Part shown: positions 19,589 to 29,278 of the stretch, one piece after another
How positions within the stretch are numbered: position 1 is the stretch's first letter
Layout: every line of letters starts with the position of its first letter
Source: an uncultured Gammaproteobacteria bacterium
Lineage (GTDB): Bacteria; Patescibacteriota; Patescibacteriia; Magasanikbacterales; GWA2-37-8
Assembly: GCA_964596525.1 (NCBI GenBank)
Contig: CAZQUL010000001.1
Coordinates: 396,830 to 460,829 of the forward strand
Length of the DNA stretch: 64,000 bases
Direction of reading: 5' to 3'
The notes under the pieces: model-generated
The model's input: the letters and a program-made list of their open reading frames with translations, nothing else
What the model was told of the DNA's origin: nothing
Database searches by the model: none
Made by a program: the position numbers and the translations under genes

Positions 19589-20170
19589 TTACCACGTATC
19601 GGCGTTGCTTTTGAACAACGGGTCGTTTTCGATGATGATCTTGAGCTTGTCCAAGCCGCGCGAGATAAGGGATTTGACCGTGCCTTCTTTTTTACCCAGA
19701 ATCTCGGCGATTTCATTGATTTTTTTCTTTTCGAAATATTTAAGCACAATCGCAGCTTGATAGCGCTCTGGTAAATCAGCAATACACCGCTGGGCTAGCC
19801 GGGCCGTAAACCACGTAGGCGGATAATCGATATTTTCGGTGTCGCGCGTAGCGGTAACATCGAAGCCGGTCCGTTCGCGGAGCTCGTCGAGCGAGAGGCA
19901 TTTTTTGCTGCGATACCAATCCACGATCGCGTTGTGTGCGATGCGGTAAAGCCATACTTTAAACGAGATTTTCCGCCACTGGAAAAAGCGGATGTGTTTG
20001 AGCGCTTTGTAAAAAACATCGGACGTGATGTCTTGCGCTGAGGCAAGATGGGCGACACGTTTGAGTACGTAGCCCAAAATCGGTTCATAGTATGCGTCAA
20101 ACAAAACCCCAAACGCTTCGGGATCTTTTTTGAGACGGCTAAGAAGGAGTTGTTCTTCGGCTGGTTCCAT
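19589..20170 (-). CDS. ECF-type RNA polymerase sigma-70 factor
   Basis: 193 aa. Region 2 (YRIAHNAIVDWYR) and region 4 HTH (INEIAEILGKKEGTVKSLISRG). Confidence 0.8.
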   Translation of the reverse strand: MEPAEEQLLLSRLKKDPEAFGVLFDAYYEPILGYVLKRVAHLASAQDITSDVFYKALKHIRFFQWRKISFKVWLYRIAHNAIVDWYRSKKCLSLDELRERTGFDVTATRDTENIDYPPTWFTARLAQRCIADLPERYQAAIVLKYFEKKKINEIAEILGKKEGTVKSLISRGLDKLKIIIENDPLFKSNADTW

Positions 20171-20234
20171 AGGTGATCGCTACTGTCAATAACGGGAAGA
20201 AGGAAAAAGGTTGCAGAAGCGATCATTTGTTTTT

Positions 20235-20723
20235 TTATTGCGTGCCAAGCTCGTTCCCGATCCAGTAGAGCGCGATGCCGCCGGCGACCGAAACGTTGAG
20301 ACTATTTTTGTGCCCGCGCATGGGGATGTCGATAAGCGTGTCGCAGAGTTTGCGCAATGCGAGCGGAATGCCAGTGACTTCGTTGCCGACGACTAAGCAA
20401 ACCGGAAATCGGGGGTGATATGAGGTGTAAGGAATGCTGTTTGCGGCTTGTTCAAGGCCGACGATTTCGATGCCTTGGGCGGAGAGTTTTTTGAGAAGGC
20501 GTCCGGTTTGGCGGACGTATTCCCAAGGTACGCTTGTTTCGGCGCCGAGTGCGACTTTGACGAGTCCGGGGTGTGGAGGTGTTGGTGAGTAGCCGCAAAT
20601 GAAAATACGGTCAACGCCAGCACCGTCGGCTGTGCGAAAAAATGCGCCGACATTATGGGCGCTCCGAATATTGGGGAGAACGAGAGAAAAACGAGGGGTA
20701 TGTTCCATAGCAATAAACAACAT
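20235..20723 (-). CDS. SpoU/TrmH-family RNA 2'-O-methyltransferase
   Basis: SPOUT motifs: NVGAFFRTADGAG, LVVGNEVTGI, NSLNVSVAGGIALY. Confidence 0.75.
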   Translation of the reverse strand: MLFIAMEHTPRFSLVLPNIRSAHNVGAFFRTADGAGVDRIFICGYSPTPPHPGLVKVALGAETSVPWEYVRQTGRLLKKLSAQGIEIVGLEQAANSIPYTSYHPRFPVCLVVGNEVTGIPLALRKLCDTLIDIPMRGHKNSLNVSVAGGIALYWIGNELGTQ

Positions 20724-20856
20724 ATGCTGATTCTAGCATATGAAGTAGGGTGGCCGCGATTGGTAAGGACTGTATAGCCTAGTCCCACAAAACCTTGACA
20801 CGGCATGTTAATCGTGCCACCATTTTTTTATGTTGTCTCTAACTACAGGAGGTCGC

Positions 20857-21081
20857 ATGCGTTCATTGCTTAGCTACGTTCTATGTCTTTTTACCGTGGC
20901 GCCGATCGCGCAGTGCGGCGGCTATCAGATTTCCGTCAGCTCCGCAGCAGGAGAAGCTGTGCGCAGGGACGACGGGGATAAAACGCCGATCGCGACCGGC
21001 AAAGTACTGCCGCCCGGTACCTGCCCCGAAGCAGGTGGCTGCCAGAACGGCGGCCAGGTTCCGGTGGCGACAACGGAATAG
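20857..21081 (+). CDS. small secreted Cys/Gly-rich protein
   Basis: GGAGG SD then ATG. Signal peptide MRSLLSYVLCLFTVAPIAQC. 5 Cys in 74 aa. Confidence 0.4.
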   Translation: MRSLLSYVLCLFTVAPIAQCGGYQISVSSAAGEAVRRDDGDKTPIATGKVLPPGTCPEAGGCQNGGQVPVATTE

Positions 21082-21107
21082 CGCTCCTAACCTTTTGAGG
21101 TACAAAC

Positions 21108-21494
21108 ATGGTTGCCCTCGTAACCATCCTCTTATCCGTAGCGCCACCGTTTTATCCTGACTTGCCACGCGCACCGTTTGTTGCATCCGCGCCAGGCAAA
21201 GATGCAGCTCTGCTTCTGGATAAAGAAAACCGCGTCTATGTCGGAGGAGATTCGACCAGCCGCTGGTATTTTCTGGATTGTCAGCAGAGTGAGCAGGTGC
21301 GGGTCATACAGGGAGCTCCCGCACCGTCCAACGGTTTTCAGATCGAATGCAACCGCCGCGTAGTGGTAATCGTAGATTGTCCGGTCGATTCTCTCCCGGA
21401 AAATTTAACGGGCCCGTCGGGCCTCTACGATCAGCATGATAGTACCGTCTGGTTTTGGTGCACGCCTAAGCATTTGCAGCTTGCACCCAGGTAG
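21108..21494 (+). CDS. small secreted protein (4 Cys)
   Basis: Hydrophobic N-terminus. Followed by an intrinsic terminator. Confidence 0.4.
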   Translation: MVALVTILLSVAPPFYPDLPRAPFVASAPGKDAALLLDKENRVYVGGDSTSRWYFLDCQQSEQVRVIQGAPAPSNGFQIECNRRVVVIVDCPVDSLPENLTGPSGLYDQHDSTVWFWCTPKHLQLAPR

Positions 21495-21517
21495 GCCATT
21501 CGATCCTTGCATAGATT

Positions 21518-21545
21518 AAGACGCCTCGATCAGGCGTCTTTTTTG
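21518..21545 (+). terminator. intrinsic terminator (AGACGCC...GGCGTCTTTTTT)
   Basis: 7-bp GC-rich stem, 7-nt loop, T6. Confidence 0.55.
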
Positions 21546-21668
21546 TAGAATCAAAAACCCCAGAATTTAGAAGTTGAAGTTGTTGCATAATTTTAAATGA
21601 AAACCTCTCGCTTTCACACAAGGAAAGCGAGAGGTGTGCGTGCTTGCTCGAGCCAGGCAAGAAGTTAG

Positions 21669-22040
21669 TTAGGTGGCCGAGACGAATTTTGCGGTCGATC
21701 TTTTACGCTGGCGCCGGGCCAGCATGAGGTGCAAACCGATCAGGCAGCCGAGCGCGGCTGTGGAAGTGCCGCCGGTCTGAGAGCGAGTCCGTCCCATCGT
21801 GCAGCTCGGCGATTCCGGAGCTGAAGGGGGCGGCTCCTCCGATCCGGGAGGGATCCTCATGGTCACATTGGTTTTGGTGTCGTGGAGAAGTATGCCGCCG
21901 CTCGGAAGCGGATAGCCCACGATTTCTCCTCCCTGGACGATGATAGGATCGCTGGTTTTCGGCGCGGCTTCATTGGCGCATGCCGGTGGAGAAACATGCA
22001 GGAAAAAAGAACAAAGTCCCCATAGAAGCGTGTGTCTCAT
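21669..22040 (-). CDS. secreted protein with a C-terminal hydrophobic segment plus basic tail
   Basis: Signal peptide, Pro/Ser-rich middle. C-terminus ...PESPSC...AALGCLIGLHLMLARRQRKRS resembles a sortase/exosortase-type anchor, but without LPXTG. Confidence 0.4.
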   Translation of the reverse strand: MRHTLLWGLCSFFLHVSPPACANEAAPKTSDPIIVQGGEIVGYPLPSGGILLHDTKTNVTMRIPPGSEEPPPSAPESPSCTMGRTRSQTGGTSTAALGCLIGLHLMLARRQRKRSTAKFVSAT

Positions 22041-22347
22041 TGCTGGCTATTCCTCCTTCAACGCGGTGCAATCTATCAAGTCTTTGCACCCATGTCAATG
22101 TTTTAATTGGTAGCTTCGTATCAAAGGGCAGTGTCCTGTTCAACGCTGTGCGTGCTTGCGAACACGGCAGGTGGCATTATAGAGATCAAATCTAGAACCG
22201 ATGATGAATCTTGGAAGCGGTATGATGGATGCGACAAGAACTGACGTGGCTTGCATGCACGACTAAAGCGCAGGTATAACCCAGGCAAAATTGGCGGTAA
22301 TTGTTCGAGCGAAATGATCGATGGGTAGCTTGTATGAGCACGGAGTT

Positions 22348-22848
22348 TTAGTCAAACTTTTTCATCCAGAGCGTCTGCGCGGCAGTGAGTGCGATAGCGA
22401 GTGCGTCGGCTGCGTCATCAGGGCGGATTTTTTTGGGAATGCCCAAAATCATGCGGACCATCTTTTCCACTTGATCCTTTTCGGCCCGGCCGTAGCCGGT
22501 AATGGCTTGCTTTACCTCAAGCGGTGTGAATTCATCGATAGCGAGGCCGTGGCTATGCCCGGTCAAAAGAATGACACCGCGGGCTTGGCCGACGTCCATG
22601 GCGGTCGTGGCATTGTTGAAAAAAAAGAGTTCTTCTACCGCGAGACGGGTTGGTTGATAGGCGCTGATGAGTGCGGTCAGCTCTGCGTGGATGGTAGTAA
22701 GGCGATCGAGGAAGCGGCTTTTGGGTTTTGTTTCGATGCAACCATAGGTGAGTGGGTGCCAGGTGCGGTCACCGATTTGTTCGATAACACCGAAACCGAC
22801 CCGGCCAAAACCTGGATCAATACCAAGGATCCGCTGCGCGTTGGCCAT
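22348..22848 (-). CDS. ruvC: crossover junction endodeoxyribonuclease RuvC
   Basis: Start MANAQRILGIDPGFGRVGFGVI. Catalytic D/E residues in conserved positions. Follows yebC. Confidence 0.85.
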   Translation of the reverse strand: MANAQRILGIDPGFGRVGFGVIEQIGDRTWHPLTYGCIETKPKSRFLDRLTTIHAELTALISAYQPTRLAVEELFFFNNATTAMDVGQARGVILLTGHSHGLAIDEFTPLEVKQAITGYGRAEKDQVEKMVRMILGIPKKIRPDDAADALAIALTAAQTLWMKKFD

Positions 22849-22849
22849 A

Positions 22850-23371
22850 TTAATGCGGATAAAAATCGATAAGATACTTGATGACAAGATTGGCAACATG
22901 CCGGATGGCCGCGGCATACACAACGCTCACGACCGTAAAAAGAAGCATGACGATAAGAAGTAGTGAGGGCTCTGTGCCGCTCCGAAACGCAGAGGTCATA
23001 AGAAGCGGCATATAGCCAAGCGCAACGATGCTCAAAAAAATTCCGCTCAAGCGGCGAACACTCGGCCGTTTTTCGGGTGGGGTGTAGTGATAGATGAGGC
23101 GCACGACTATAAATAAAATCACCGCCGCGTTCAGTACGATCCATAAAAATAACCGCTCCTCAAGCAAGCGCGCTATGAGCGCCAGAAAAGAACTTTCGGG
23201 TGTGGCCGATGTCCAATACGTGGCGAGGAGATATGCCAAACAGGCCATAAGCCAAAAGGCTGGCTGAGCACTTATGAAGGCGACAATTTCCAGAAATTCG
23301 CGCAGGATAATGATGGATACGCGGCGGGCCACAAGGTTATGCGGCGTTAGTATATATATCGTCAACGTCAT
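22850..23371 (-). CDS. hypothetical polytopic membrane protein
   Basis: 173 aa, 4-5 TM helices. Between yebC and ruvC. Confidence 0.45.
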   Translation of the reverse strand: MTLTIYILTPHNLVARRVSIIILREFLEIVAFISAQPAFWLMACLAYLLATYWTSATPESSFLALIARLLEERLFLWIVLNAAVILFIVVRLIYHYTPPEKRPSVRRLSGIFLSIVALGYMPLLMTSAFRSGTEPSLLLIVMLLFTVVSVVYAAAIRHVANLVIKYLIDFYPH

Positions 23372-24059
23372 CGTTCTCTTCGAGCGCCTCGAGGAGTGCT
23401 TGGAGCTTAGGTTCGTTTTCCGGAGTTACGGCAATCGGATCTTTGGCAAGCCAGGTGAGTTCGGCACGAGTGGTTTCGAGGTTGTGCGCGCGGATGGCGG
23501 TGAGCACGGCCTGAAAGTGCTCCATACCGGTCATGATGGCCGTACCTTCGTCAAGCGATACTGAAATATCAAGCGCGCCTGCGTCGATAAGCGCGAGCTC
23601 TTGTTCCTCGGTGAGTTTAACGGAAGTGGGAAGATTGATAATGCCTTTATGTTCGAACATCCATTTGACGCTGCCTTCGCCCGCGATCGCGCCTTCGTGG
23701 CCTGTTAGGATGTGCTTGATTTCAGGAAGTGTGCGGTTGCGGTTATCGGTGACAGTCTTTATGAGTAGGGCAACTTTCCCCGGGCCAAAACCTTCGTAGA
23801 CGATTTCTTCCATGCGTACCGCGTCGTCACCTTGTCCTGCGCCGCGTTTGATGGCGCGTTCGATATTATCTTTGGGCATGCTGACGGCTTTGGCTTTATC
23901 GATAGCGAGACGCAGTGAGAAATTGGTGTTTGGATCAGCACCGCCTTTTTGCGCTGCGAGCGTAATGGCTTTGGCGCATTTGGTGAAAGTATTGGCCCGT
24001 ACGGCGTCTTGCTTGCCTTTATGGGCTTGAATATTATGCCATTTAGAGTGACCGGACAT
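23337..24059 (-). CDS. YebC/PmpR family DNA-binding regulator
   Basis: MSGHSKWHNIQAHKGKQDA... canonical N-terminus, 240 aa. Confidence 0.85.
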   Translation of the reverse strand: MSGHSKWHNIQAHKGKQDAVRANTFTKCAKAITLAAQKGGADPNTNFSLRLAIDKAKAVSMPKDNIERAIKRGAGQGDDAVRMEEIVYEGFGPGKVALLIKTVTDNRNRTLPEIKHILTGHEGAIAGEGSVKWMFEHKGIINLPTSVKLTEEQELALIDAGALDISVSLDEGTAIMTGMEHFQAVLTAIRAHNLETTRAELTWLAKDPIAVTPENEPKLQALLEALEENDDVDDIYTNAA

Positions 24060-24122
24060 AGGTGAGGGAGTAGCTGGTAGCTATATAGAAAGTAGAAAAA
24101 AAATCTTATGCTTTCATTTCTC

Positions 24123-25280
24123 TTACTTGAGGAGTAATTTTCCTCCTTCGAACTTTTTGTCGCCGAGACGGCTGTTTTTGTTGAGCCAGGCATAAAAGTC
24201 ATCACGCCGTTTGCCGTCCATGAGGAAGAGCTGCGATTTGATGCCGTAGAACGGAATGGCATAGATAGCTTCGAGTTCTCCGTGGGCGAAGGTAAGGCCA
24301 AGGCTCAGGCCTTCTTGCGTTTCGGTGGAAAAATACTGATCGAATACGAAGTTACCGAGCGAATAGAAGATTGGTTTGCCGGCGTAGAGTTCGGCTTCTT
24401 GGATGACGTGCGGGTGCGCGCCGATTACGGCTTCGGCGCCGTTGTCGATGAGGAAGCGGGCGAAGGTGCGTTGGTTGGTATTAGAGATGCGTTTATACTC
24501 GTCGCCCCAATGCATCATGACGATGGTGGTGGAAGCGCGCGTTTCGGCATCTTCCAAGACCGCGGCGATTTTTTTGAGATCCATCACATGGTCGGTATTA
24601 TTGAACCCGACGAAGGCGATGGTGCCGCCTGGCGTGCTCGTTACGTACGTGAATTCTTTTCCTTCGCGCAGCTGGTCGCCGAAATAAGGGAGGCCGGCTG
24701 CATCAAGCGTGGCGTGGGTAAAATCCACGTTAGCCCACCCCATGTCGAGCGTGTGGTTGTTGGCGAGGCTTACCGCATCAAAACCGGCGTTTTTGAGTTC
24801 TGTGGCGTATTTTGGGTCAAAACGGAAAGCGATGGATTTGGTGGTCTTGACGCGTGCGGGCGCAAACGGCCCTTCGAGATTCGCAACGGTGAGATCGACG
24901 CGCGGATCAAGTCCGCGGTTTTCGCCTTTGATGTTCTCGAAGAGATAGTCCGTACCGCGTTCGCCCATAGCTTTCGCGACATTTCGGTCGAGCATGATGT
25001 CGCCGAAGAACTGAATACCGATGGCCGAAGGAGTTTCGATTTTGCGCACCGCGAGATCTTCGTAGAAGCGGATATGAGCAGGTGCGTCTAGCGTAAACGC
25101 AGGCGGCGGGCGCAGTGGTTGCGATGTGGTTGAAAGAGTGGTTGAAGGAAGTGCTGGAGATGAAGTAGACGTCGGCGCTGCCGTAGTAGCCGGGGAAGAA
25201 TGCGGAGTCGGGGACCAGGTGCAGCCGCCTAACATGCCGATACACGCTGCAATAAGCGTGAAAAAATGCATACGTTTCAT
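24123..25280 (-). CDS. CapA/PgsA-family metallophosphoesterase lipoprotein
   Basis: Lipobox LIAACIGMLGGC. Metallophosphatase motifs (GNHT, MMHWGDEY, GAHPHV, SLGNFVFDQ). Confidence 0.7.
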   Translation of the reverse strand: MKRMHFFTLIAACIGMLGGCTWSPTPHSSPATTAAPTSTSSPALPSTTLSTTSQPLRPPPAFTLDAPAHIRFYEDLAVRKIETPSAIGIQFFGDIMLDRNVAKAMGERGTDYLFENIKGENRGLDPRVDLTVANLEGPFAPARVKTTKSIAFRFDPKYATELKNAGFDAVSLANNHTLDMGWANVDFTHATLDAAGLPYFGDQLREGKEFTYVTSTPGGTIAFVGFNNTDHVMDLKKIAAVLEDAETRASTTIVMMHWGDEYKRISNTNQRTFARFLIDNGAEAVIGAHPHVIQEAELYAGKPIFYSLGNFVFDQYFSTETQEGLSLGLTFAHGELEAIYAIPFYGIKSQLFLMDGKRRDDFYAWLNKNSRLGDKKFEGGKLLLK

Positions 25281-25389
25281 ATCCATAAGCGAGATATATA
25301 GTAGCCTTATTCTTCCACGATACGCTTGGAGCGTCAATAAATTCTGGTTTTAAAACGATAATCCCGCCGGTGGGGCGGGAAGTGTTGCT

Positions 25390-25740
25390 TCAGGAGCGCT
25401 GTTTGGTGTCTTTGGGCGCGGGAAGGGAAATGATTGCCGCGTCGCCTTCGTTGATTTCACGGTGCGCGGCGTGGAGCTCGTGGGCGCGTTCTACCTGGGC
25501 GCGCTGGGCGAAAATACGTTTGAGTTTTGGTCCGCAGCTTCGGAGTGCCAGCCGAACATCGTTTGTGCTGGACTGGGAGATTCTCCCCAGGCACACCCCG
25601 CAGCTAAGAATGTGCAGCTCGATGTTGCGGGATTCCGCGGCTTTCCCCTTGTGAGAAACGGTAGCCTCTCCGGTGATGACCACATCCGCCTTGGCAGATT
25701 CCGTACCCGATGGGGCAATAGCTCCACCGTTCTGAATCAC
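25390..25740 (-). CDS. hypothetical protein
   Basis: 116-aa ORF. No assignable motif. Could be spurious. Confidence 0.25.
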   Translation of the reverse strand: MIQNGGAIAPSGTESAKADVVITGEATVSHKGKAAESRNIELHILSCGVCLGRISQSSTNDVRLALRSCGPKLKRIFAQRAQVERAHELHAAHREINEGDAAIISLPAPKDTKQRS

Positions 25741-25752
25741 GAAGTTAGTGAG

Positions 25753-25941
25753 TCATGCCTCAACCGGAGCGCCGACGAAATCATCGAACACTTCGATTCG
25801 CACACTTGTGGCGTAGAGAAGTGGCAGGGTGGGTTTTGCGGCGAGTGCTTTGCGGACGGCGCGTTTGCCACGGGTAAAACCGAGGGAATAGCCGATGGCG
25901 CCCGCTACGGTAGCGATAAGGAATGCGGTAACAATGGGCAT
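25753..25941 (-). CDS. small membrane protein (one TM helix)
   Basis: 62 aa, MPIVTAFLIATVAGAIGYSLGF. Confidence 0.25.
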   Translation of the reverse strand: MPIVTAFLIATVAGAIGYSLGFTRGKRAVRKALAAKPTLPLLYATSVRIEVFDDFVGAPVEA

Positions 25942-26073
25942 GTTTTTGACCTCCTGATTGCTTGTGTAGTGACAGAGCGGTAACAGCGCATCATATTCCT
26001 ACTGACCTATTTTGTCAATTTTATAAAACAAAACAGCCTCCATTCTGGAGGACTGTGGGTAAAGCGAGGATGG

Positions 26074-27183
26074 TTAGAAATCTGGAAACAGATCGCTCAG
26101 TTCGCAGTGGAGAGCGCGCAGAAATAGCACGGCACTCCAGAGCTGTTCGGTGGCGCCCCACCCCTTGGATGTGTGCGGGTCGTAGTACTCGTGGAAGCCG
26201 GCCTGATTGACCAGCTTTTCAAACTGCGATACGCAGGCCAGGTGCTCGCCCATTTTTTTGAGCGCCATTACCGTGAAGCCAACCACGAAGGGCCACACGA
26301 CCACACCTTTGGTTGCGGCGATCACTTCGGCTTCGCCGGGCTGGTACGGGTTGTGCTGGCACTGGATGGTGACGCCAATACCCGTATCGACGCTTCGGAA
26401 CGAAGCGGCAAGCGCCTCACGGCGGGTGCCTCTTGCGATGCCGTAAAGCACTGCCAATGAGCCGCCAAGCGGATCGAATCGTTCGTTCCCGGGATAATCG
26501 ATGTACGTACCGCATCGTATGAATACCTCGTTGATGCGACGGCGCAGGTTGTCGGCTTTGGCATTCTCGCCGAGCAGGTCGTATGCGTGTACGAGCAGGC
26601 TGTTGTTGGAAAGGAGCGGCTTTTCGCCAAGCTCTTGTTCCATCGTGTCGCGCCAATCGCAGCCGATCATGAGGCCGTCTCGGATGAGATTGTTCTCCAG
26701 GTACTTGAGCGCCGCGTCGACGTGCGGTTTATGCCGGGTGAGAAAAGCTTCATCCCGGGTGACAGCATAGTGTTCGCACACCGCAATGATGTAGTGGAGC
26801 TCGCTATCCCGCGTCCCCGGGGTGAGATTCCACAACTCGCCGGCTTCGTAACGCTCGAGCGTGAACGGTTTTTTGCCTTGGCGGCGCGCCTTTTCCCGCT
26901 TGTCTTTCAGGAATTCTTCTTCATTGTCGAGGAAGAGGATGGGAATCTGGCCGTTCGGGCGTTGCAGAGCGGCCAGATTGTCGAGGTGGCGCTTAGCGAT
27001 TGCAATTTCGCCGAGCGTAAGAAGGAGCGGTTGGATGGCCAGGGAAAAGTCCCGGGTCCAGCACTGGTTGCGATAGCGGACCGAGTCGGCCCACACTCCG
27101 TTCTCGCCGATGCAGGAATGGAGCAAGCGGCCGGCCTGCAGTGCTTTGCGCAGCGTCTGCGCTTCCAATGATTGATTGATCAT
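26074..27183 (-). CDS. (alpha/alpha)6-barrel glycoside hydrolase (GH100 / glycogen-debranching-like)
   Basis: CWTRDFS, GCDWRD and EYYD motifs resemble the GDE_C / neutral-invertase catalytic core. Confidence 0.5.
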   Translation of the reverse strand: MINQSLEAQTLRKALQAGRLLHSCIGENGVWADSVRYRNQCWTRDFSLAIQPLLLTLGEIAIAKRHLDNLAALQRPNGQIPILFLDNEEEFLKDKREKARRQGKKPFTLERYEAGELWNLTPGTRDSELHYIIAVCEHYAVTRDEAFLTRHKPHVDAALKYLENNLIRDGLMIGCDWRDTMEQELGEKPLLSNNSLLVHAYDLLGENAKADNLRRRINEVFIRCGTYIDYPGNERFDPLGGSLAVLYGIARGTRREALAASFRSVDTGIGVTIQCQHNPYQPGEAEVIAATKGVVVWPFVVGFTVMALKKMGEHLACVSQFEKLVNQAGFHEYYDPHTSKGWGATEQLWSAVLFLRALHCELSDLFPDF

Positions 27184-27450
27184 GGTGTTCCTCCCTGTGC
27201 CCGGCATGGATGCCGGGGACCAGGAACGGTACCTTGCAAGCGCCAAAAAGTCAAGATGGTAAGAGTGAGTATGGTATGCTTCGTAAACCTGAGAGGTTGG
27301 AATTCTTCGGCTGCGGTGAGCTCTGGGCGTGCGCCCTGATTGACCTCGGCGGGAATATTCGGTATTGTCGGTGCATGCTCCTCATCCATCTTTCTGCGCT
27401 TCTAATAATCGCCACATGACTGCCCACAAGGCGGTTTTTTCATCATATCT

Positions 27451-29232
27451 ATGAACGAAGAGGCTAAAAAAACACTGCTCAAAAAGGCACAAGCGCATGT
27501 TGCACGCATCCAAGAAGTCATAACGGCTGCGATTGCTGTCAAAGAAGAAGCGCGCGACCGCCGGGCCGAGGGTGCTAAACGCCTGGCTTCTTCCGATGCA
27601 TTCGTGGAGCGTACTATCGTTGCTCACCAGACCGAACAGCTCGAGCATCTTAAACGGCTTATACCTTCGCCGTATTTTGCGCAGTGCGTGTTTGAAACAA
27701 GCGGCGAAACCAAAACGATCTTTATTGCCAAACATTCGTTTGCCGACGAACGTATTTACTCGTGGGTGACGCCGATCGCGGCGCTCCGCTTTGAACGACT
27801 GGGCACAGCGGCGTATGTGCGGCCGGACGGTACCAAACAAACAGGTATTTTGAAGAGCAAAGACCAGTATCATATCGTCGATAGCAGCATACTTTTTTAC
27901 GCTACTGAAAGTATCGGCGCGCCCCGCGAACTTATTCATCAGGAGCATTTTTCGCGCCACAAAAGCGGCTTCGTTTTGCCCGAAGTGGTGGAGCAGATGG
28001 AGCGGGCTCAAGACCAGGTAATCCGCGCACCGCATGCCGGGCCGTTCGTCATTTCCGGTCCGGCCGGTTCGGGCAAAACCACGCTCGCCTTGCATCGTGT
28101 GGCATATCTGTTGCAGTCGCCCGAAACCGCGGATTTTTTTCCGCTCGCCTCGCTCATCGTCTTTGTACAAGACGAAGGAACGAAAGCGTATTTTTCGAGT
28201 CTTCTGCCGTCGCTTGGCATTAATGGGGTAACGATCACGACGTTTGCTGCGTGGGCGCTCAGCATTTTGGGTAGCGACCTGGTGCGCTACGGAGCGCTAC
28301 CGGAACTCAATCTCGATACGCGCTTCGCGTATGAACAAGCAAAGCTGCGTGCAATGTCGGGTGGCATGACACTACAATATTCCCCAAAATTGTTTAACGT
28401 TTTAGAAGAAACGTATGGAGCCCATTTCACTTCGGAACAAAAAACGTATTTGCGTGAACAGAAAAAACAGAGCCTCCTCGATCGCATCGATCTGACGTTG
28501 TTATTGAATCTCAAGTACCGGTCTGACGGCGAGCTCTTAGTGCCTAAAGAGTATTTCCGCGAACTTAAAAACGGCACATATCGCAAAGAGCGCGGATCAT
28601 TTCCGGCCAAGTACAACCTGATGATCGTCGATGAGTTCCAGAATTACCTGCCCGAGCAGCTTCGACTCCTTAAATCCTGTCTTAATCATCGACTTGACGC
28701 GATCGTGTACGTGGGCGATGGCGCGCAGCGCACCGAACTCGGCGCGTTTCCTGATTGGGAAAGTATTGACGAACATATTCCATCCGAGCGGTTGGTAAAA
28801 CTCGAAAAAGTGTATCGCACGACGCGGCAAATCCTCATGTACATCCAAAGTTTGGGGTATGCGGTGACGATTCCTGCGGGCATCAAAGAAGGTCCGGACG
28901 TGAGAGAGATACGTGTTTCTAAAATAGATGAAATGAGCGCATTGATTCAAACGTTATCCGAAAAATATTCGAGTGACGGCCAGACGGTCGGCGTGTTGGC
29001 GCTCGAAAAAAATAATCTTGCGGAACTCAAGCAGTATTTTGCCGAGAAGCCGCAGGTTCATTGTCTCAGCTTCCATGAAGCGCAGGGCGTGGAGTTTGAT
29101 GCAGTAGTGGTTATCGAAACTGAAGAGATGATAGAAGTAGAAGATGACGATGTGCGGCGGGTAAAGCGCGATCTGCGCTACGTCGGGTTGACGCGCGCGA
29201 TGAATGAGCTTTGGGTGATAAAACATGGATAA
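27451..29232 (+). CDS. UvrD/REP-superfamily (HelD-like) helicase-like ATPase
   Basis: Walker A GPAGSGKTT, Walker B MIVDEFQNY. C-terminal EAQGVEFDAVVV matches the UvrD_C motif. Confidence 0.7.
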   Translation: MNEEAKKTLLKKAQAHVARIQEVITAAIAVKEEARDRRAEGAKRLASSDAFVERTIVAHQTEQLEHLKRLIPSPYFAQCVFETSGETKTIFIAKHSFADERIYSWVTPIAALRFERLGTAAYVRPDGTKQTGILKSKDQYHIVDSSILFYATESIGAPRELIHQEHFSRHKSGFVLPEVVEQMERAQDQVIRAPHAGPFVISGPAGSGKTTLALHRVAYLLQSPETADFFPLASLIVFVQDEGTKAYFSSLLPSLGINGVTITTFAAWALSILGSDLVRYGALPELNLDTRFAYEQAKLRAMSGGMTLQYSPKLFNVLEETYGAHFTSEQKTYLREQKKQSLLDRIDLTLLLNLKYRSDGELLVPKEYFRELKNGTYRKERGSFPAKYNLMIVDEFQNYLPEQLRLLKSCLNHRLDAIVYVGDGAQRTELGAFPDWESIDEHIPSERLVKLEKVYRTTRQILMYIQSLGYAVTIPAGIKEGPDVREIRVSKIDEMSALIQTLSEKYSSDGQTVGVLALEKNNLAELKQYFAEKPQVHCLSFHEAQGVEFDAVVVIETEEMIEVEDDDVRRVKRDLRYVGLTRAMNELWVIKHG

Positions 29233-29278
29233 TTTTAAAGCGCGGCCAAAAGACCGCGCAGAGAAAGATGTATTCGTT

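Noticed and set aside
22321-22872. 183-aa plus-strand ORF
   Set aside because: Antisense to ruvC, which has the canonical GIDPG start and catalytic residues.
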